This document shows positions 1 to 12,192 of a DNA stretch of 64,000 bases, piece by piece (position 1 is the first letter of the stretch; every line of letters begins with the position of its first letter). Below the pieces are notes generated by a model. It was not told the origin of the DNA. It made no database searches and worked only from the letters and a program-made list of their open reading frames with translations. The position numbers and the translations under genes are program-made. Source of the stretch: Candidatus Spongiisociaceae bacterium (GTDB lineage: Bacteria; Actinomycetota; Acidimicrobiia; Spongiisociales; Spongiisociaceae); NCBI GenBank assembly GCA_965262915.1, contig OZ253564.1, positions 4,192,001 through 4,256,000 on the forward strand, read 5' to 3'.

Positions 1-1142
1 CGGTCGATGTACACGGTCCCCTCCACGTCGACCGCCACCCGATCGATAGCCCTCAACAACATCGTCGTGGCGTCGTAGGCATGCCCCCAGTAGCCGGCCG
101 ACGGCTTCTCGCCGTAGGTCTCCACGTAGGCGGCCAGCAGACCATCGGCGGTCCGGCCGGTGATGCTGCTGGCGTTGCTGCCGAACCGCAGATCCGGACC
201 CGAGATGTAGACACCCTCGGACTCGGGCAACTCCATGAAGTTGTCCACCAGGAGCGCAGCGGACACGATCAACGTCACATCCTCGAGGGCGGGGACACTG
301 CCCACCTGCTGGACGATGAACCCTCCCTCGGGCATGAAGATAGGAAAGAACAACGCCTGTGGACTTCCCTCCGCTACCTCGGTGAGCACCGCGATCATGT
401 CGGTGTCACCCTTGTTGACTGCGCTGAAGCCCGTCACCTCGCCACCGAGATCCTCGTAGGCGTCCTTGAATGCCTGCACCAGACCCTGGGTGTAGGGATC
501 GCCGTCATGGATCGCGGCCGTTCTGGCGAACCCCAGTTCGTTCCGCACGAACAGAGCCACCGCCCGACCCTGGAACAGATCGTTGTGGGATATCCGGTAG
601 TAACCCGGCTGGTAGGCCGTACCGGGGTTTCCCTCCAGGTCCGATGTCAGCGCCGGTGATGTGTTGGAGGGTGCGATCATCACCATGCCCGCATCGGAGA
701 TCAAGGGTGAGGCGGCCACGGCCGCCGCCGAACAAGTAGTCCCGATCACCCCCACCACGCTGGGATCGGCCACGAGCGCTTGCGCAGTTGCCTGACCACC
801 CTCAGGTGAACACAGATCGTCCAGAGCGGAACCGAGAGAAACGCTACGACCGGCTACCGGCCCGTAATCGCCGATCGCCAACTCGGCTCCCCTCTGATTG
901 GGAATACCGAGGAAGGCCACATCCCCGCTTATGGAATTGAGCGACCGGATCTGGATCTCTTCGCCCGGGCCTACCTCCACCGCGCCAAAGGGACCTGCTG
1001 TGAACCCGGCCACCTCTCCAGATGCCTCGGTCGACGTCGGGGTGGTTGCATCAGTGGCCTCCGGCCCTGCTCCTTCTCCATTGTCACCGCAGGCCGAGGC
1101 GATCAGCAACAGACACAGCCCGACAATACCCAACCTACGCAT
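1..1142 (-). CDS. Branched-chain amino acid ABC transporter substrate-binding lipoprotein (3' end runs off the window)
   Basis: Hand-translated start MRRLGIVGLCLLLIASACGD (lipobox) after a GGAGGA RBS; clear paralogue of 6048..7385 (GTTCS, AIHDGDPYTQGL, AYDATT). Not in the ORF track because it is partial. Confidence 0.88.
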   Translation of the reverse strand, partial: MRRLGIVGLCLLLIASACGDNGEGAGPEATDATTPTSTEASGEVAGFTAGPFGAVEVGPGEEIQIRSLNSISGDVAFLGIPNQRGAELAIGDYGPVAGRSVSLGSALDDLCSPEGGQATAQALVADPSVVGVIGTTCSAAAVAASPLISDAGMVMIAPSNTSPALTSDLEGNPGTAYQPGYYRISHNDLFQGRAVALFVRNELGFARTAAIHDGDPYTQGLVQAFKDAYEDLGGEVTGFSAVNKGDTDMIAVLTEVAEGSPQALFFPIFMPEGGFIVQQVGSVPALEDVTLIVSAALLVDNFMELPESEGVYISGPDLRFGSNASSITGRTADGLLAAYVETYGEKPSAGYWGHAYDATTMLLRAIDRVAVDVEGTVYID

Positions 1143-1363
1143 CGCGATCTTCCTCCGGATCTGGCGGTCAGTCCCCGGACAAGAGTACTGGCCGCGACGC
1201 CGGACGCAGGTGACGATGGTGGGCGGGAGGCGAATCCTCGAATTCCACCGGGCCCTCGCCGACCGCTTCGTAAGACGCATGCGCGGAAGGTAGGACCGCA
1301 CATCTCTCCGGAATCGGTGAGTGACCCTTCCCGCCTGCTACGAACTGTCCCGGCCCGATGCGA

Positions 1364-2095
1364 TCAGGAATCCCCACCGCCCAGATACGAGGTACGCAGG
1401 TCGGGATGGGCCAGCAGGTTCTGGGCCGTGTCGTCCAAAACCACCCGCCCGGTTTGGAGAACCCAGCCACGGTCGGCGATCGAAAGAGCCATGTTGGCGT
1501 TCTGCTCCACCATGAACACCGTCATGCCCGCCTCGTGGATCTGTCTGATCAGCTCGAAGTTCTGCTGTACCAGGACCGGGGCGAGACCCATCGACGGTTC
1601 GTCCATCAGCAGTACACGCGGCCCGGCCATCAGCGCCCGGCCGATTGCAACCATCTGTTGTTCACCCCCCGAGAGAGTGCCCGCCTTCTGACCCAGCCGT
1701 TCCTCGACCCGCGGGAACAGGTCGAACACGCGCTCCATGTCGGCGGCGATCCCGTCCGTGTCTTTGCGTAGGTAAGCGCCCAGCTCGAGATTGTCCTTCA
1801 CGCTGAGACGCTTGAACAGGCGGCGGTTCTCCGGAACCATCGTCACGCCCTTGCGGACGCGGTAGCTGATTGGCCGGTCGTTGACCACTTCGCCGTCGAG
1901 CAGTACCTCGCCGGATGTGGGGGTGAGCATCCCGAGCAGCGTCTTGAGGGTGGTCGACTTCCCTGACGCGTTGCCTCCCAGGAGACAGACCAACTCTCCC
2001 TCGTAGATGGCCAGGTCCACGTCCCGCAAAGCGTGGACGGCGCCGTAGTGGACGTTCACCGACCTCATCTCCAGCAGCGGGTGGGAGTCCTTCAT
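1364..2095 (-). CDS. livF: BCAA ABC transporter ATP-binding protein LivF
   Basis: GGNASGKS Walker A, LSGGEQQM signature, LLMDEPSMGLAP. Confidence 0.93.
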   Translation of the reverse strand: MKDSHPLLEMRSVNVHYGAVHALRDVDLAIYEGELVCLLGGNASGKSTTLKTLLGMLTPTSGEVLLDGEVVNDRPISYRVRKGVTMVPENRRLFKRLSVKDNLELGAYLRKDTDGIAADMERVFDLFPRVEERLGQKAGTLSGGEQQMVAIGRALMAGPRVLLMDEPSMGLAPVLVQQNFELIRQIHEAGMTVFMVEQNANMALSIADRGWVLQTGRVVLDDTAQNLLAHPDLRTSYLGGGDS

Positions 2096-2873
2096 GTCGC
2101 CGCCCCATGGCCGAGATAAGCCTCTATCACGCGGGGATCCGCCGAGACGTCTTCATAGTCCCCGTCGGCGATCAGGACGCCATGGTCCAGAACGATCACC
2201 CGGTCCGAAACCTCGCGCACCACCTCCATATCGTGCTCGATGACCACGATGGTGTAACCCCACTCGTCACGGAGCCGGGCGATAAGCCCGGTGAGTTCCG
2301 CCGACTCCACAGGGTTCATTCCCGCCACCGGCTCGTCGAGGAGCAGTAGCTTGGGCTGGGTGGCCATGGCCCGGGCGATCTCGAGGCGCCGGCTGTTGGC
2401 ATACGAGAGCACCGCAGCTGGTTGATCGAGGCGAAAACCGATGAGACGGGTTCCGAAGAATGCCAGGATCTCCTCTGCCCGCTCGCGGATCTCGGCTTCC
2501 TCACGCCTGAAGGCCTTCGTGTAGAAAAGCGCGCCGAAGATACCCTGTTTGGTCCGGCAGTGCTGAGCCACCATGACGTTCTCGAGTACCGACATATTGG
2601 CGAAGAGCCGCACATTCTGAAAGGTGCGGGCGACGCCCTGGGATGTCACCTGGTTGGGATCGAGACCGAGGAGTGACTGGCCCTCGAAGACAATCTCGCC
2701 GGTACCCTCCACCGAAGCGGTTATGGCGTTGAACAGGGTGGTCTTGCCCGCGCCGTTCGGCCCGATCACCGAGACGATTTGACCCTCGTGTATCTGTATG
2801 TCCACCCCGGCCAGAGCCCGCAGACCACCGAACTCCACGGACAGACCGCGGATATCGAGAAGGGGCCGACCGT

Positions 2874-2877
<4 letters not shown>
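2092..2877 (-). CDS. livG: BCAA ABC transporter ATP-binding protein LivG
   Basis: GPNGAGKT, ARTFQNVRLF, LLLDEP, IEHDM, VIEAYLG C-terminus. Confidence 0.93.
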
Positions 2878-4699
<1,822 letters not shown>

Positions 4700-4703
<4 letters not shown>

Positions 4704-5806
4704 GCGCGATCCTCCGCCGACAGGCGTTCGCCGAACAGCCCGGAGGGTCTGATAAGCAGCACACCGATCAACATGGCGAATGCAACCGCGTCGCGGAGTT
4801 GGGACACTCCGCTGACGCCGAGAGGCTCGAGGATGAGTAGCGGACCGGTCGACTCCGCCAACCCGATTAACAACCCACCTGCCATGGATCCGCCTAGGTT
4901 GCCGATGCCTCCCACGACAGCCGAACTGAAAGCTTTGATGCCGGGAAGGAACCCGGTGTAGTGGATCACGCTGCGGAAGAGAACCCCCCACAGGATGCCG
5001 GCCACACCGGCCATGGCGCCGCCCACCGCGAACACCTTCACGATCGTCCGGTTCACGTCCACGCCCATGAGCCCGGCGATCTCGGCGTCCTCGGCAACGG
5101 CCCGCATCGCCTTGCCCGTCTTGGTCCGCTCCACCAAGAGCCACAGAGTCAGCATCGCCACGGCGGCCACGCATATCACCAGAATCTTGGTGCCCTCGAT
5201 TTGGATGAAAGTGCGCTTGGCGGTGAGCCAATCGGGCATGTCCGGGTACGATTTGCTGGTCGGACCGAGTAGCACCACCGACGTGTTCTGGATGAAGAAC
5301 GAGATGCCGATCGACGTGATCAGGGGGATGAGCCGGGGTGATCTCCGCAACGGCCGGTAGGCGATCCGCTCCATTACCACCGCTGTCAGGGTGCAGACGA
5401 TCATCGAGACCACCACGATGAAGATCAGCGATCCCAGGAAATTGCTTTCCCAGTATCCGGCGTCGGCCAGCTTGTTGGAGGTGATCATCCCGGTCATCGC
5501 CCCGACCATGAAAACCTCGCCATGGGCGAAGTTGATGAAACCGAGCACGCCGTAGACCATCGAGTAACCGAGAGCTATCAGACCGTACATGGCTCCCTGG
5601 GCGAGGCCGGAGATGATGAGCCCTCGGAATTGGGCCCCGGTCAACCCGGTTGCATCAGGATTTATCAAGCGGGCGAAGGGGTTGTCGACGTCCACCTGCT
5701 GGGCTAGGAACGCCAACAACCCCACCACTACCACAGTCAGGGCAGCAACCCGCAAGAGGGCTAAGAACCAGTCAACCTTGGTCCTGGGAACCCTATTGCT
5801 TGCCAT
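4700..5806 (-). CDS. livH: BCAA ABC transporter permease LivH
   Basis: YGLIALGYSMVYGVLGFINFAHGE, GKAMRAVAED, RPSGLFG. Confidence 0.93.
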
Positions 5807-5877
5807 TGACCGCTCTCAACGGGACGAACTCGAAAGCTAGCCTATCCATGCTCGATTCGAGATCGTCGGATTGCGAC

Positions 5878-6044
5878 TAGTGGTCTGTCTGCGAAACGGC
5901 GGCGTGGTATGCGCCGGGAACGGCGTTCCTCGCAAGGCTCGCCGACGAAGGCGTACCCGCAGCGGTACGTCAACGAGGCGGAACGCAGCGAGGGGCGTCG
6001 ATGGCTAGCAGAACACGCCAAGTTGTCTTGCAGACAGACTCCCA
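5878..6044. mobile_element. MITE family A, copy 1 (~165 bp, right end decayed)
   Basis: TA-GTGGTCTGTCTGC ... GCAGACAGACTCC ends; body homologous to copies at 29471, 35770 and 61483. Confidence 0.8.
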
Positions 6045-6047
6045 GGC

Positions 6048-7385
6048 TCAGCTGCCGCCTCCGGAATACACGACGTTGCCCATGCTTGCTTCAGGATCAG
6101 CGGCGCTCTCGTGGTAGACCACCGTAATCTTCTGGGAGCCGCAGTCACCGAAGTCGTCACAACTGATCAGGCCGATCAGACCCTGATAGTCCATGACGTT
6201 GTCGAGATGCTCGCGCACCCCCTGCCGGTCGATCATCAACGAACCGTCCTCCGCCACGTACGACGCGGCGGCGATGGCATCCAGCAAAAGGGTCGTGGCG
6301 TCGTAGCCATGCGCCCAGAACGGCGCGGCCGGCGCCTCACCATAGTCACTCTCGTAGGCAGCCAGGAAGTCGTTGGCCGACTTACCGGTACTCTCGTTGA
6401 CGTTCTCGCCGAACCGGGTATCAGGCCCTGAGAGATACATGCCCTCCGTCTGTGACAGCGCAAGATACTTAGTATTGAGCAGACCGTCGGCGGCAAGCAG
6501 CACCGTGTGCTCCAGACCGGAGACCCCGGGCGCCTGTTCGGCGATGAAGTCCCCGGCGGGTTGGAAGATCGGGAAGAACAACGCCTCCGGGCTACCGGCC
6601 GCGATCTCGGTGAGCACCGGAACCATGTCGGTGTCCTCCTTGTTCACAGCCGAGAAGCCGGTCACATCGCCCCCGAGCGCCGCGAACGCATCCGTGAACG
6701 CCTTCGCCAACCCCTGGGTGTAGGGATCGCCGTCATGGATGGCGGCCGCGGTGGTCAGACCCAGTTCACTGAAAACGAACTCGGCCATGACCCTGCCCTG
6801 GAACAGGTCGTTGTGAGCCGTGCGGTAGTAGCCGTAGCTGTAGTTCTCCCCCGCGTTACCCGCAAGGTCCGATGTCAGCGCGGGCGAGGTGTTACCACCC
6901 GAGATGAGCACCATTCCCGCGTCGGTGATCAGCGGAGCGGCCGCGGTGGCGGCACCCGAGCAGGATGTACCGATGACACCGATCACATCCTCGTCGGCAA
7001 CGATGACCTGAGCCGCGGCTTGGCCTCCGTCGTTGGAGCAGGTGTCATCGAGTCCGGTCCCGAGATCGACATCAAAACCATGAACCTGCCCGTAGTCGGC
7101 GATTGCCAGAACCACGGATCGCTCGATGGGCAGACCGAAGAATGCCACATCGCCCGTGATGGCATTGAGTGAGCGGATCTGGACGGCCTCGCCCGGGGCT
7201 ACCTCCACAACACCCAGCGAACCATCGCCGAGATGCTCCATCATCATTTCCTCTGCAGCGGGCGTGTCCTCGGCCGGCTCGCTCTCGTCTGCACACGCGG
7301 CTGCAACCAGTGCCAGGCATGAGAGCACAGCCAAGATCCGGATTCGAACTCCAGATCGCAGCGAGAAGATTCTGTATCCAAGCAT
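6048..7385 (-). CDS. BCAA ABC transporter substrate-binding lipoprotein (LivJ/K-like)
   Basis: Lipobox VAAAC, VIGTSCSGA, RTAHND, GYDAT; first gene of the liv operon; RBS AGGAGG. Confidence 0.9.
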   Translation of the reverse strand: MLGYRIFSLRSGVRIRILAVLSCLALVAAACADESEPAEDTPAAEEMMMEHLGDGSLGVVEVAPGEAVQIRSLNAITGDVAFFGLPIERSVVLAIADYGQVHGFDVDLGTGLDDTCSNDGGQAAAQVIVADEDVIGVIGTSCSGAATAAAPLITDAGMVLISGGNTSPALTSDLAGNAGENYSYGYYRTAHNDLFQGRVMAEFVFSELGLTTAAAIHDGDPYTQGLAKAFTDAFAALGGDVTGFSAVNKEDTDMVPVLTEIAAGSPEALFFPIFQPAGDFIAEQAPGVSGLEHTVLLAADGLLNTKYLALSQTEGMYLSGPDTRFGENVNESTGKSANDFLAAYESDYGEAPAAPFWAHGYDATTLLLDAIAAASYVAEDGSLMIDRQGVREHLDNVMDYQGLIGLISCDDFGDCGSQKITVVYHESAADPEASMGNVVYSGGGS

Positions 7386-7540
7386 GGATCTACCTCCTGA
7401 CTAGATGCTGTTGCCAGCCGTGTGGATGTCCTTAGGGTGTAGCCTAATGGGCTGGGTTAATCATCGCCCCGTTGGGCCGTCGAGAGTATCTAGCGTTGTC
7501 CGAAACTCGATTCACCACCCGGTAACCCGGATCTCGACAC

Positions 7541-8296
7541 CTACGACGATCCAGCGTGATCACCCATTGCTCTCACGCGGCCCACTTCGAAGCACGCCAG
7601 CGCCGCCGCCACCGAGGCGTTCAGGCTGGCCGTGCCTCGCGCCATCGGAATCGACACCAACACGTCGATACGCTCCTTGACGAGACGGCCGAGACCCCTG
7701 CCCTCAGCTCCCACGAATACCGCCACGGGCTCGGAAAGGAGGCCGAGACCGAATAGGGGCTCGGGTGCGGAAGGGTCGAGCCCCACCGTCCAGACACCGG
7801 CGCCTGAGACCCGCTGAGCGGCGACCGCGACGGAGGACACCGACGCCACCGGCAGGTGTTCGAGCGCTCCGGCCGCCGCCTTGAAGGCCAGAGCGGACAG
7901 AGGGGCCGCCCGGCGGCGCGGGACCACCATCCCGGTCATCCCCGCCGCCAGAGCCGACCGGGCGATAGCACCCACGTTGCGGGGATCCTCCAGGTGGTCG
8001 AGCACGAGGAGAGCCGGTTTCCCGTTCGGGGGATGCTCGGCAACCAGCCTGTCCAACGAGGCGAGGGGTATGGGCCGGGCCTTCGCCACCAGCCCCTGGG
8101 GAGATTCCGTCTCGGCGAGGGAAGCCACCGTGTCGACCAGCTTCACAGCCGTTCCCACGCGCCGGGCCTCCCCCACCAGGCGCTCCGCATCGCGGCGGGT
8201 GCGTTCCACGTAGAGCACCGTCACCCTCCCGGCGGCCAGGGCGGCCCTGACCGCATGAACCCCCTCGACCTTACCGCCGATACCAGCGGGTGCCAT
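7541..8296 (-). CDS. rlmB: 23S rRNA (G2251-2'-O)-methyltransferase, TrmH/SpoU family
   Basis: LDHLEDPRNVGAIARSA, GAEGRGL, SLNASVAA; canonical position after cysS. Confidence 0.88.
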   Translation of the reverse strand: MAPAGIGGKVEGVHAVRAALAAGRVTVLYVERTRRDAERLVGEARRVGTAVKLVDTVASLAETESPQGLVAKARPIPLASLDRLVAEHPPNGKPALLVLDHLEDPRNVGAIARSALAAGMTGMVVPRRRAAPLSALAFKAAAGALEHLPVASVSSVAVAAQRVSGAGVWTVGLDPSAPEPLFGLGLLSEPVAVFVGAEGRGLGRLVKERIDVLVSIPMARGTASLNASVAAALACFEVGRVRAMGDHAGSS

Positions 8297-9671
8297 CGGC
8301 CGAATCCTCGATCAGGATCCCGATACCGGCCAGGTCGTCGCGGATGGCGTCGGCGCGGCCCCAGTCCCGGGCATCCCTGGCACGGCCCCGGACCTCCACC
8401 AAGCCGGCCACCACCATCTCGGCACTCCCGGCGCCCACTCCGTGGGCGGCCGCCAGACCGACCAGGCGCCCGGCCAGATCCTCCAACCCGGACCGGGCCA
8501 GATCGATTCCGAGCACACCGGCCATTTCGGCCACCGCCGCCGCCAAGGGACGGGCGTCCTGGCCACGGTCCAACCGGGCGTTGCCCTCCCGAACCGTCTC
8601 GAACAGCACGGCCAGCGCCCCGGCAGTGTTGAAATCGTCGTCCATGGCCCCGCCGAAACGCTCGATCGCCCCGGCATCCGGTACCGGGGCCGTCTCCGAA
8701 CGGCGTAGAAAGGCCCGCAGCCTGGCCAGGCTGGCCACCGCCTCGTCCAGCGACTCCTCGGAGAACTCGAGTGGCGACCGGTAGGCGGCCCTGAGGTAGA
8801 ACAGCCGCACGGCCGGACCCCCGTGTTGTTGGATGGCTTCGGCAAGATCGATGACGTGCCCGGTCGACTTCGAGAGCTTCTCGCCGCGCAGGTTCACCAT
8901 GCCGTTGTGCAACCAGTAGCGCACGAACCGGCGGCCCGAGGAACCCTCCGACTGGGCGATCTCGTTTTCGTGATGGGGGAAGATGAGGTCGGCGCCTCCG
9001 GCATGGATATCGAAGGGCGTGCCCAGGTACTTGGCCGACATGGCCGAGCACTCGATGTGCCACCCCGGCCGTCCCGGACCCCAGGGAGAAGGCCAGGCCG
9101 GCTCGCCGGGCTTGGCGGCCTTCCACAGGGCGAAGTCCAGCGGATCCTCCTTGTCCAGCCCGGGCTCGATGCGCGCTCCGGCTCGCAGTTCGTCGACGTT
9201 CCTTCCCGAAAGCTTCCCGTAGCCCTCCAGACGGCGAACCCTGAAGTAGACATCGCCCCCGCCGGGATAGGCCAGCCCTCGATCGATCAACCGGCGGATC
9301 ATCGCCAGCATCTCCGGTATGTGATCGGTGGCGGTGGGTTCCATGTCCGGGTCGAGAACATTGAGAAGCCGGTAACCGGTACGGAAGCGGTCTGCCATGT
9401 CACGGGCCAGCTCCTCGGGGGTAACCCCCAGGCGGGCGGCATTGGCGATGATCTTGTCGTCGACATCGGTGACGTTCTGGACGTACAGGACGTCCCATCC
9501 CCTCCACATGAGGTACCGGCGGATCACGTCGAAGACGACCGCGCACCTGCCGTGCCCGAGATGCGGTGCCGACTGGACGGTCGGACCGCACACGTAGACA
9601 CGCACCCGCCCATCTTCCAGCGGTTCGAAGGCCTGGCGCGTCCTGCCGAGGGTGTTGTAGACCGTGGTCAC
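8271..9671 (-). CDS. cysS: Cysteine--tRNA ligase
   Basis: YVCGPTV, HLGH, GRPGWHIECSAM, FPHHENEIAQ, KLSKS; GTG start chosen at 9671. Confidence 0.96.
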   Translation of the reverse strand: MTTVYNTLGRTRQAFEPLEDGRVRVYVCGPTVQSAPHLGHGRCAVVFDVIRRYLMWRGWDVLYVQNVTDVDDKIIANAARLGVTPEELARDMADRFRTGYRLLNVLDPDMEPTATDHIPEMLAMIRRLIDRGLAYPGGGDVYFRVRRLEGYGKLSGRNVDELRAGARIEPGLDKEDPLDFALWKAAKPGEPAWPSPWGPGRPGWHIECSAMSAKYLGTPFDIHAGGADLIFPHHENEIAQSEGSSGRRFVRYWLHNGMVNLRGEKLSKSTGHVIDLAEAIQQHGGPAVRLFYLRAAYRSPLEFSEESLDEAVASLARLRAFLRRSETAPVPDAGAIERFGGAMDDDFNTAGALAVLFETVREGNARLDRGQDARPLAAAVAEMAGVLGIDLARSGLEDLAGRLVGLAAAHGVGAGSAEMVVAGLVEVRGRARDARDWGRADAIRDDLAGIGILIEDSADGTRWYRR

Positions 9672-9803
9672 GGTGTTCTCCTCATCCGGCACGCGGCCAG
9701 CCGACGGGCACCGGTCGGGCACTCCTCACCGGTGTGGACGCCGGACACCCGGGAGGATCCGTCGCGTAGGGATGGGCAAGGCACTGAGCGGAAGGGTACC
9801 CGG

Positions 9804-10328
9804 TCAGGTCGATACACCCGAAGAGGCATCCGGGACCACCGGACCCTTCACCAGCAGCACCGCCGCCCACGCCGCGACGCCCTCACCGCGACCGGTGAAC
9901 CCCATCCCGTCGGTGGTGGTGGCCTTGACCGACACGCGAACCGGGTCGACGCCCAGGACCGCCGCCAAGCGGGTGCGCATCTCGCCACGATGCGGGGCTA
10001 CCCGCACCGTCTCCGCGATCACCGTGAGATCCACGTTCCCGACGGTCATCCCCTCGGACGCCGCGAGCCCGACCACACCCCTCAGCAAGTCCATGCTGTC
10101 GGCGCCCTCCCACCGTGCCTCCCCCGACGGGAAGAAGGTACCCATATCACCGAGAGCTGCGGCGCCCAGGACCGCGTCGGCGACCGCGTGGGCGGCGACG
10201 TCCCCATCCGAGGTTGCCTCCAGCCCGAGACTCCGGTCCACCACGACCCCGGCCAGCATCAGCGGGGGCGTCCGTCCGAGGCGGTGGGCATCGAAGCCCA
10301 GACCGATCAGGGGAATGCCTGCGCTCAT
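9804..10328 (-). CDS. ispF: 2-C-methyl-D-erythritol 2,4-cyclodiphosphate synthase
   Basis: GLGFDAH, SDGDVAAHAVADA, VSVKATTTDGMGFTGRGEG. Confidence 0.94.
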   Translation of the reverse strand: MSAGIPLIGLGFDAHRLGRTPPLMLAGVVVDRSLGLEATSDGDVAAHAVADAVLGAAALGDMGTFFPSGEARWEGADSMDLLRGVVGLAASEGMTVGNVDLTVIAETVRVAPHRGEMRTRLAAVLGVDPVRVSVKATTTDGMGFTGRGEGVAAWAAVLLVKGPVVPDASSGVST

Positions 10329-11029
10329 GGCAGCAGGCCCCTCGCAAGGCTCCGGACGAGAGCCTCGGCCAGCACCAGATCCTCGGGATAGGTGATCTTC
10401 ATGGCCGCGCGATCGCCCGGGACCGTCACCACGCGACCTCCGATCCCCTCGATCAAGGCGGCGTCGTCGGGCGCCCGATCGGATGGTGGGCCGGCCGCGA
10501 AGGCCGCGTGAGCCCGCCGGAGGACCGGGGCGCGGAATACCTGGGGCGTCTGGGCCCCCATGACCGCGGTCCGGCTCAGGGTCCTCAACACCCGGCCCTC
10601 CCCGACATTGAGGCGCTTGATGGAATCGGGGATCGGCACCACCGGGATCACTCCGTCCGCCCGCCTCTCCCGGAGAGCGGCGTACATCCGCGTGATCATC
10701 GCGGCTGGAGCGAGCGGCCGGGCGGCATCGTGGACAGCCACCACCGCCGCCCCCTCACCTACCCTGGCCAGGCCCTGGGCTACCGAGTTGTGCCGCTCGG
10801 GCCCGCCTTCGACGCCGCCCGGCACAGGACCGACCACCACCACCCGGTGGGCACCGCTGTCGAGGAGTGCATCCCTCGCCCATTCCCAGAGCGCCTTGCC
10901 GCCCAACTCGACTTCGTGCTTGGGCGCCCCGAAACGCGACCCGCTTCCCGCCGCCACCACTATTCCCCAGATCTGCTCCCCGCCGGTTACGGGTGACGAC
11001 CGTCTGCGATCGACCAGGCTAGCGGTCAC
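10325..11029 (-). CDS. ispD: 2-C-methyl-D-erythritol 4-phosphate cytidylyltransferase
   Basis: AAGSGSRFG, VHDAARPL, QTPQVF, KITYPEDL. Confidence 0.94.
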   Translation of the reverse strand: MTASLVDRRRSSPVTGGEQIWGIVVAAGSGSRFGAPKHEVELGGKALWEWARDALLDSGAHRVVVVGPVPGGVEGGPERHNSVAQGLARVGEGAAVVAVHDAARPLAPAAMITRMYAALRERRADGVIPVVPIPDSIKRLNVGEGRVLRTLSRTAVMGAQTPQVFRAPVLRRAHAAFAAGPPSDRAPDDAALIEGIGGRVVTVPGDRAAMKITYPEDLVLAEALVRSLARGLLP

Positions 11030-11046
11030 CGATCAGACCGTCGCCG

Positions 11047-11292
11047 GGGGGTACTGAGAAACGGTTGAAATAGTTGGCCCGTCATCCGCTTAAGAGGGTG
11101 CGCGGATAGGCGGACCGTGACCGCCCCTGTCAATGAACCTACCCGGCTCCAGCTCGAAGAACCCCAGGTCATCGCTGTGTACTCATCAACGGTCGTACTC
11201 GGTGTTTCCCCAGGTGAGCACCTATCCGCGCACTCTCTAAGTGGCATTCTGTCATCGACCGTCGAGCCAGCGGGGGGTTTATCAGCACCCTC
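11047..11292. mobile_element. MITE family C copy, interrupted by a family B element
   Basis: Imperfect TIRs GGGGGTACTGAGAAAC / GTTTATCAGCACCCTC; with the inner element removed it aligns end to end (reverse complement) with 38350..38445. Confidence 0.75.
11094..11237. mobile_element. MITE family B (144 bp, TAA target duplication)
   Basis: TAA[GAGGGTGCGCGGATAGG ... CCTATCCGCGCACTCTC]TAA: 17-bp TIR with one mismatch and a 3-bp direct repeat. Confidence 0.82.
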
Positions 11293-12192
11293 CTATGCCT
11301 CGGAGTCCTCCGGCTTGGGGAGCACGCGATCGAGACGGCTGGTGGCTTCCTCGGTGTCGACGCCGAAGGCGAACTCGAGCTCGCTGATGAGTGTCACCCG
11401 CGCCCTGGAGAGCATCCGCTTCAACGCCGGCGAGATGCCTTTGACGATCTGGGCATGGGTCAGGTCACGGACGACCTCTGCCACCTGGTGTATATCCCCC
11501 GACGTCATCTTCTCGTTCAGGACCTTGTACCAGCGACTCCAGTTTTTACCCGCGGCCTGGGGATCCTCCTTGAAGATACGCAGAACCTTCCCGGCCGCCG
11601 TCTTCGAGATCACAGGCCTGATGGTCTGGTCGATCGTGTCCACCGGCACGAATACGGCGAGCTGCTCGGTGGCGATCTGGAGCACGAAATAGCTCCGGGT
11701 CTCACCGACTATCTCCTGATCAACCCGCTTGGTTATGACAGCCGCACCGTGATGAGGGTGCACCACCTTGTCTCCCACCTTGAACGAGGTCGGCCTCCTG
11801 GCGCCCGCCGCCCGGGATCTCGAAGCTCTGGATCTGGCGACCGATCTCTTGGCAGGCGCTCGCCTGGCAGGCGCCCTCTTGGCAGGCGCTCGCTTGGCGC
11901 GCGGCTTCTTGGCTGCCGGCTTCTTGGCCGCCGGCTTCTTGGCCGCCGGCTTCTTGGCCGCCGGTTTCTTGGCCGCCGGTTTCTTGGCCGCCGGCTTCTT
12001 GGCTGCCGGTTTCTTGGCTGCCGGTTTCTTGGCTGCCGGTTTCTGGGCCGTCCGGGATGCGGGCATCTGGTCGGCCGGATCGGCGGACCGGTCGTCGACG
12101 GTGCTCGTCACCGCCGGTTCGGTGACCACCGAAGGCTTGGCGGAACTGCTTTGGGAGTCTTGGGAAGGCTGTTTAGCTGGGGTCTCGATCAT
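11293..12192 (-). CDS. carD: CarD-family RNA polymerase-binding regulator with N-terminal Lys/Ala/Pro-rich extension
   Basis: [24 protein letters not shown] (conserved Trp), VAEVVRDL; carD-ispDF-cysS synteny; start uncertain. Confidence 0.88.
   Translation of the reverse strand: MIETPAKQPSQDSQSSSAKPSVVTEPAVTSTVDDRSADPADQMPASRTAQKPAAKKPAAKKPAAKKPAAKKPAAKKPAAKKPAAKKPAAKKPAAKKPRAKRAPAKRAPARRAPAKRSVARSRASRSRAAGARRPTSFKVGDKVVHPHHGAAVITKRVDQEIVGETRSYFVLQIATEQLAVFVPVDTIDQTIRPVISKTAAGKVLRIFKEDPQAAGKNWSRWYKVLNEKMTSGDIHQVAEVVRDLTHAQIVKGISPALKRMLSRARVTLISELEFAFGVDTEEATSRLDRVLPKPEDSEA
11902..12036. repeat. 15-bp tandem repeat x9 encoding PAAKK
   Basis: Unit cgg(c/t)ttcttggc(c/t)gc; variation only at third codon positions of the minus-strand frame. 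Confidence 0.95.
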
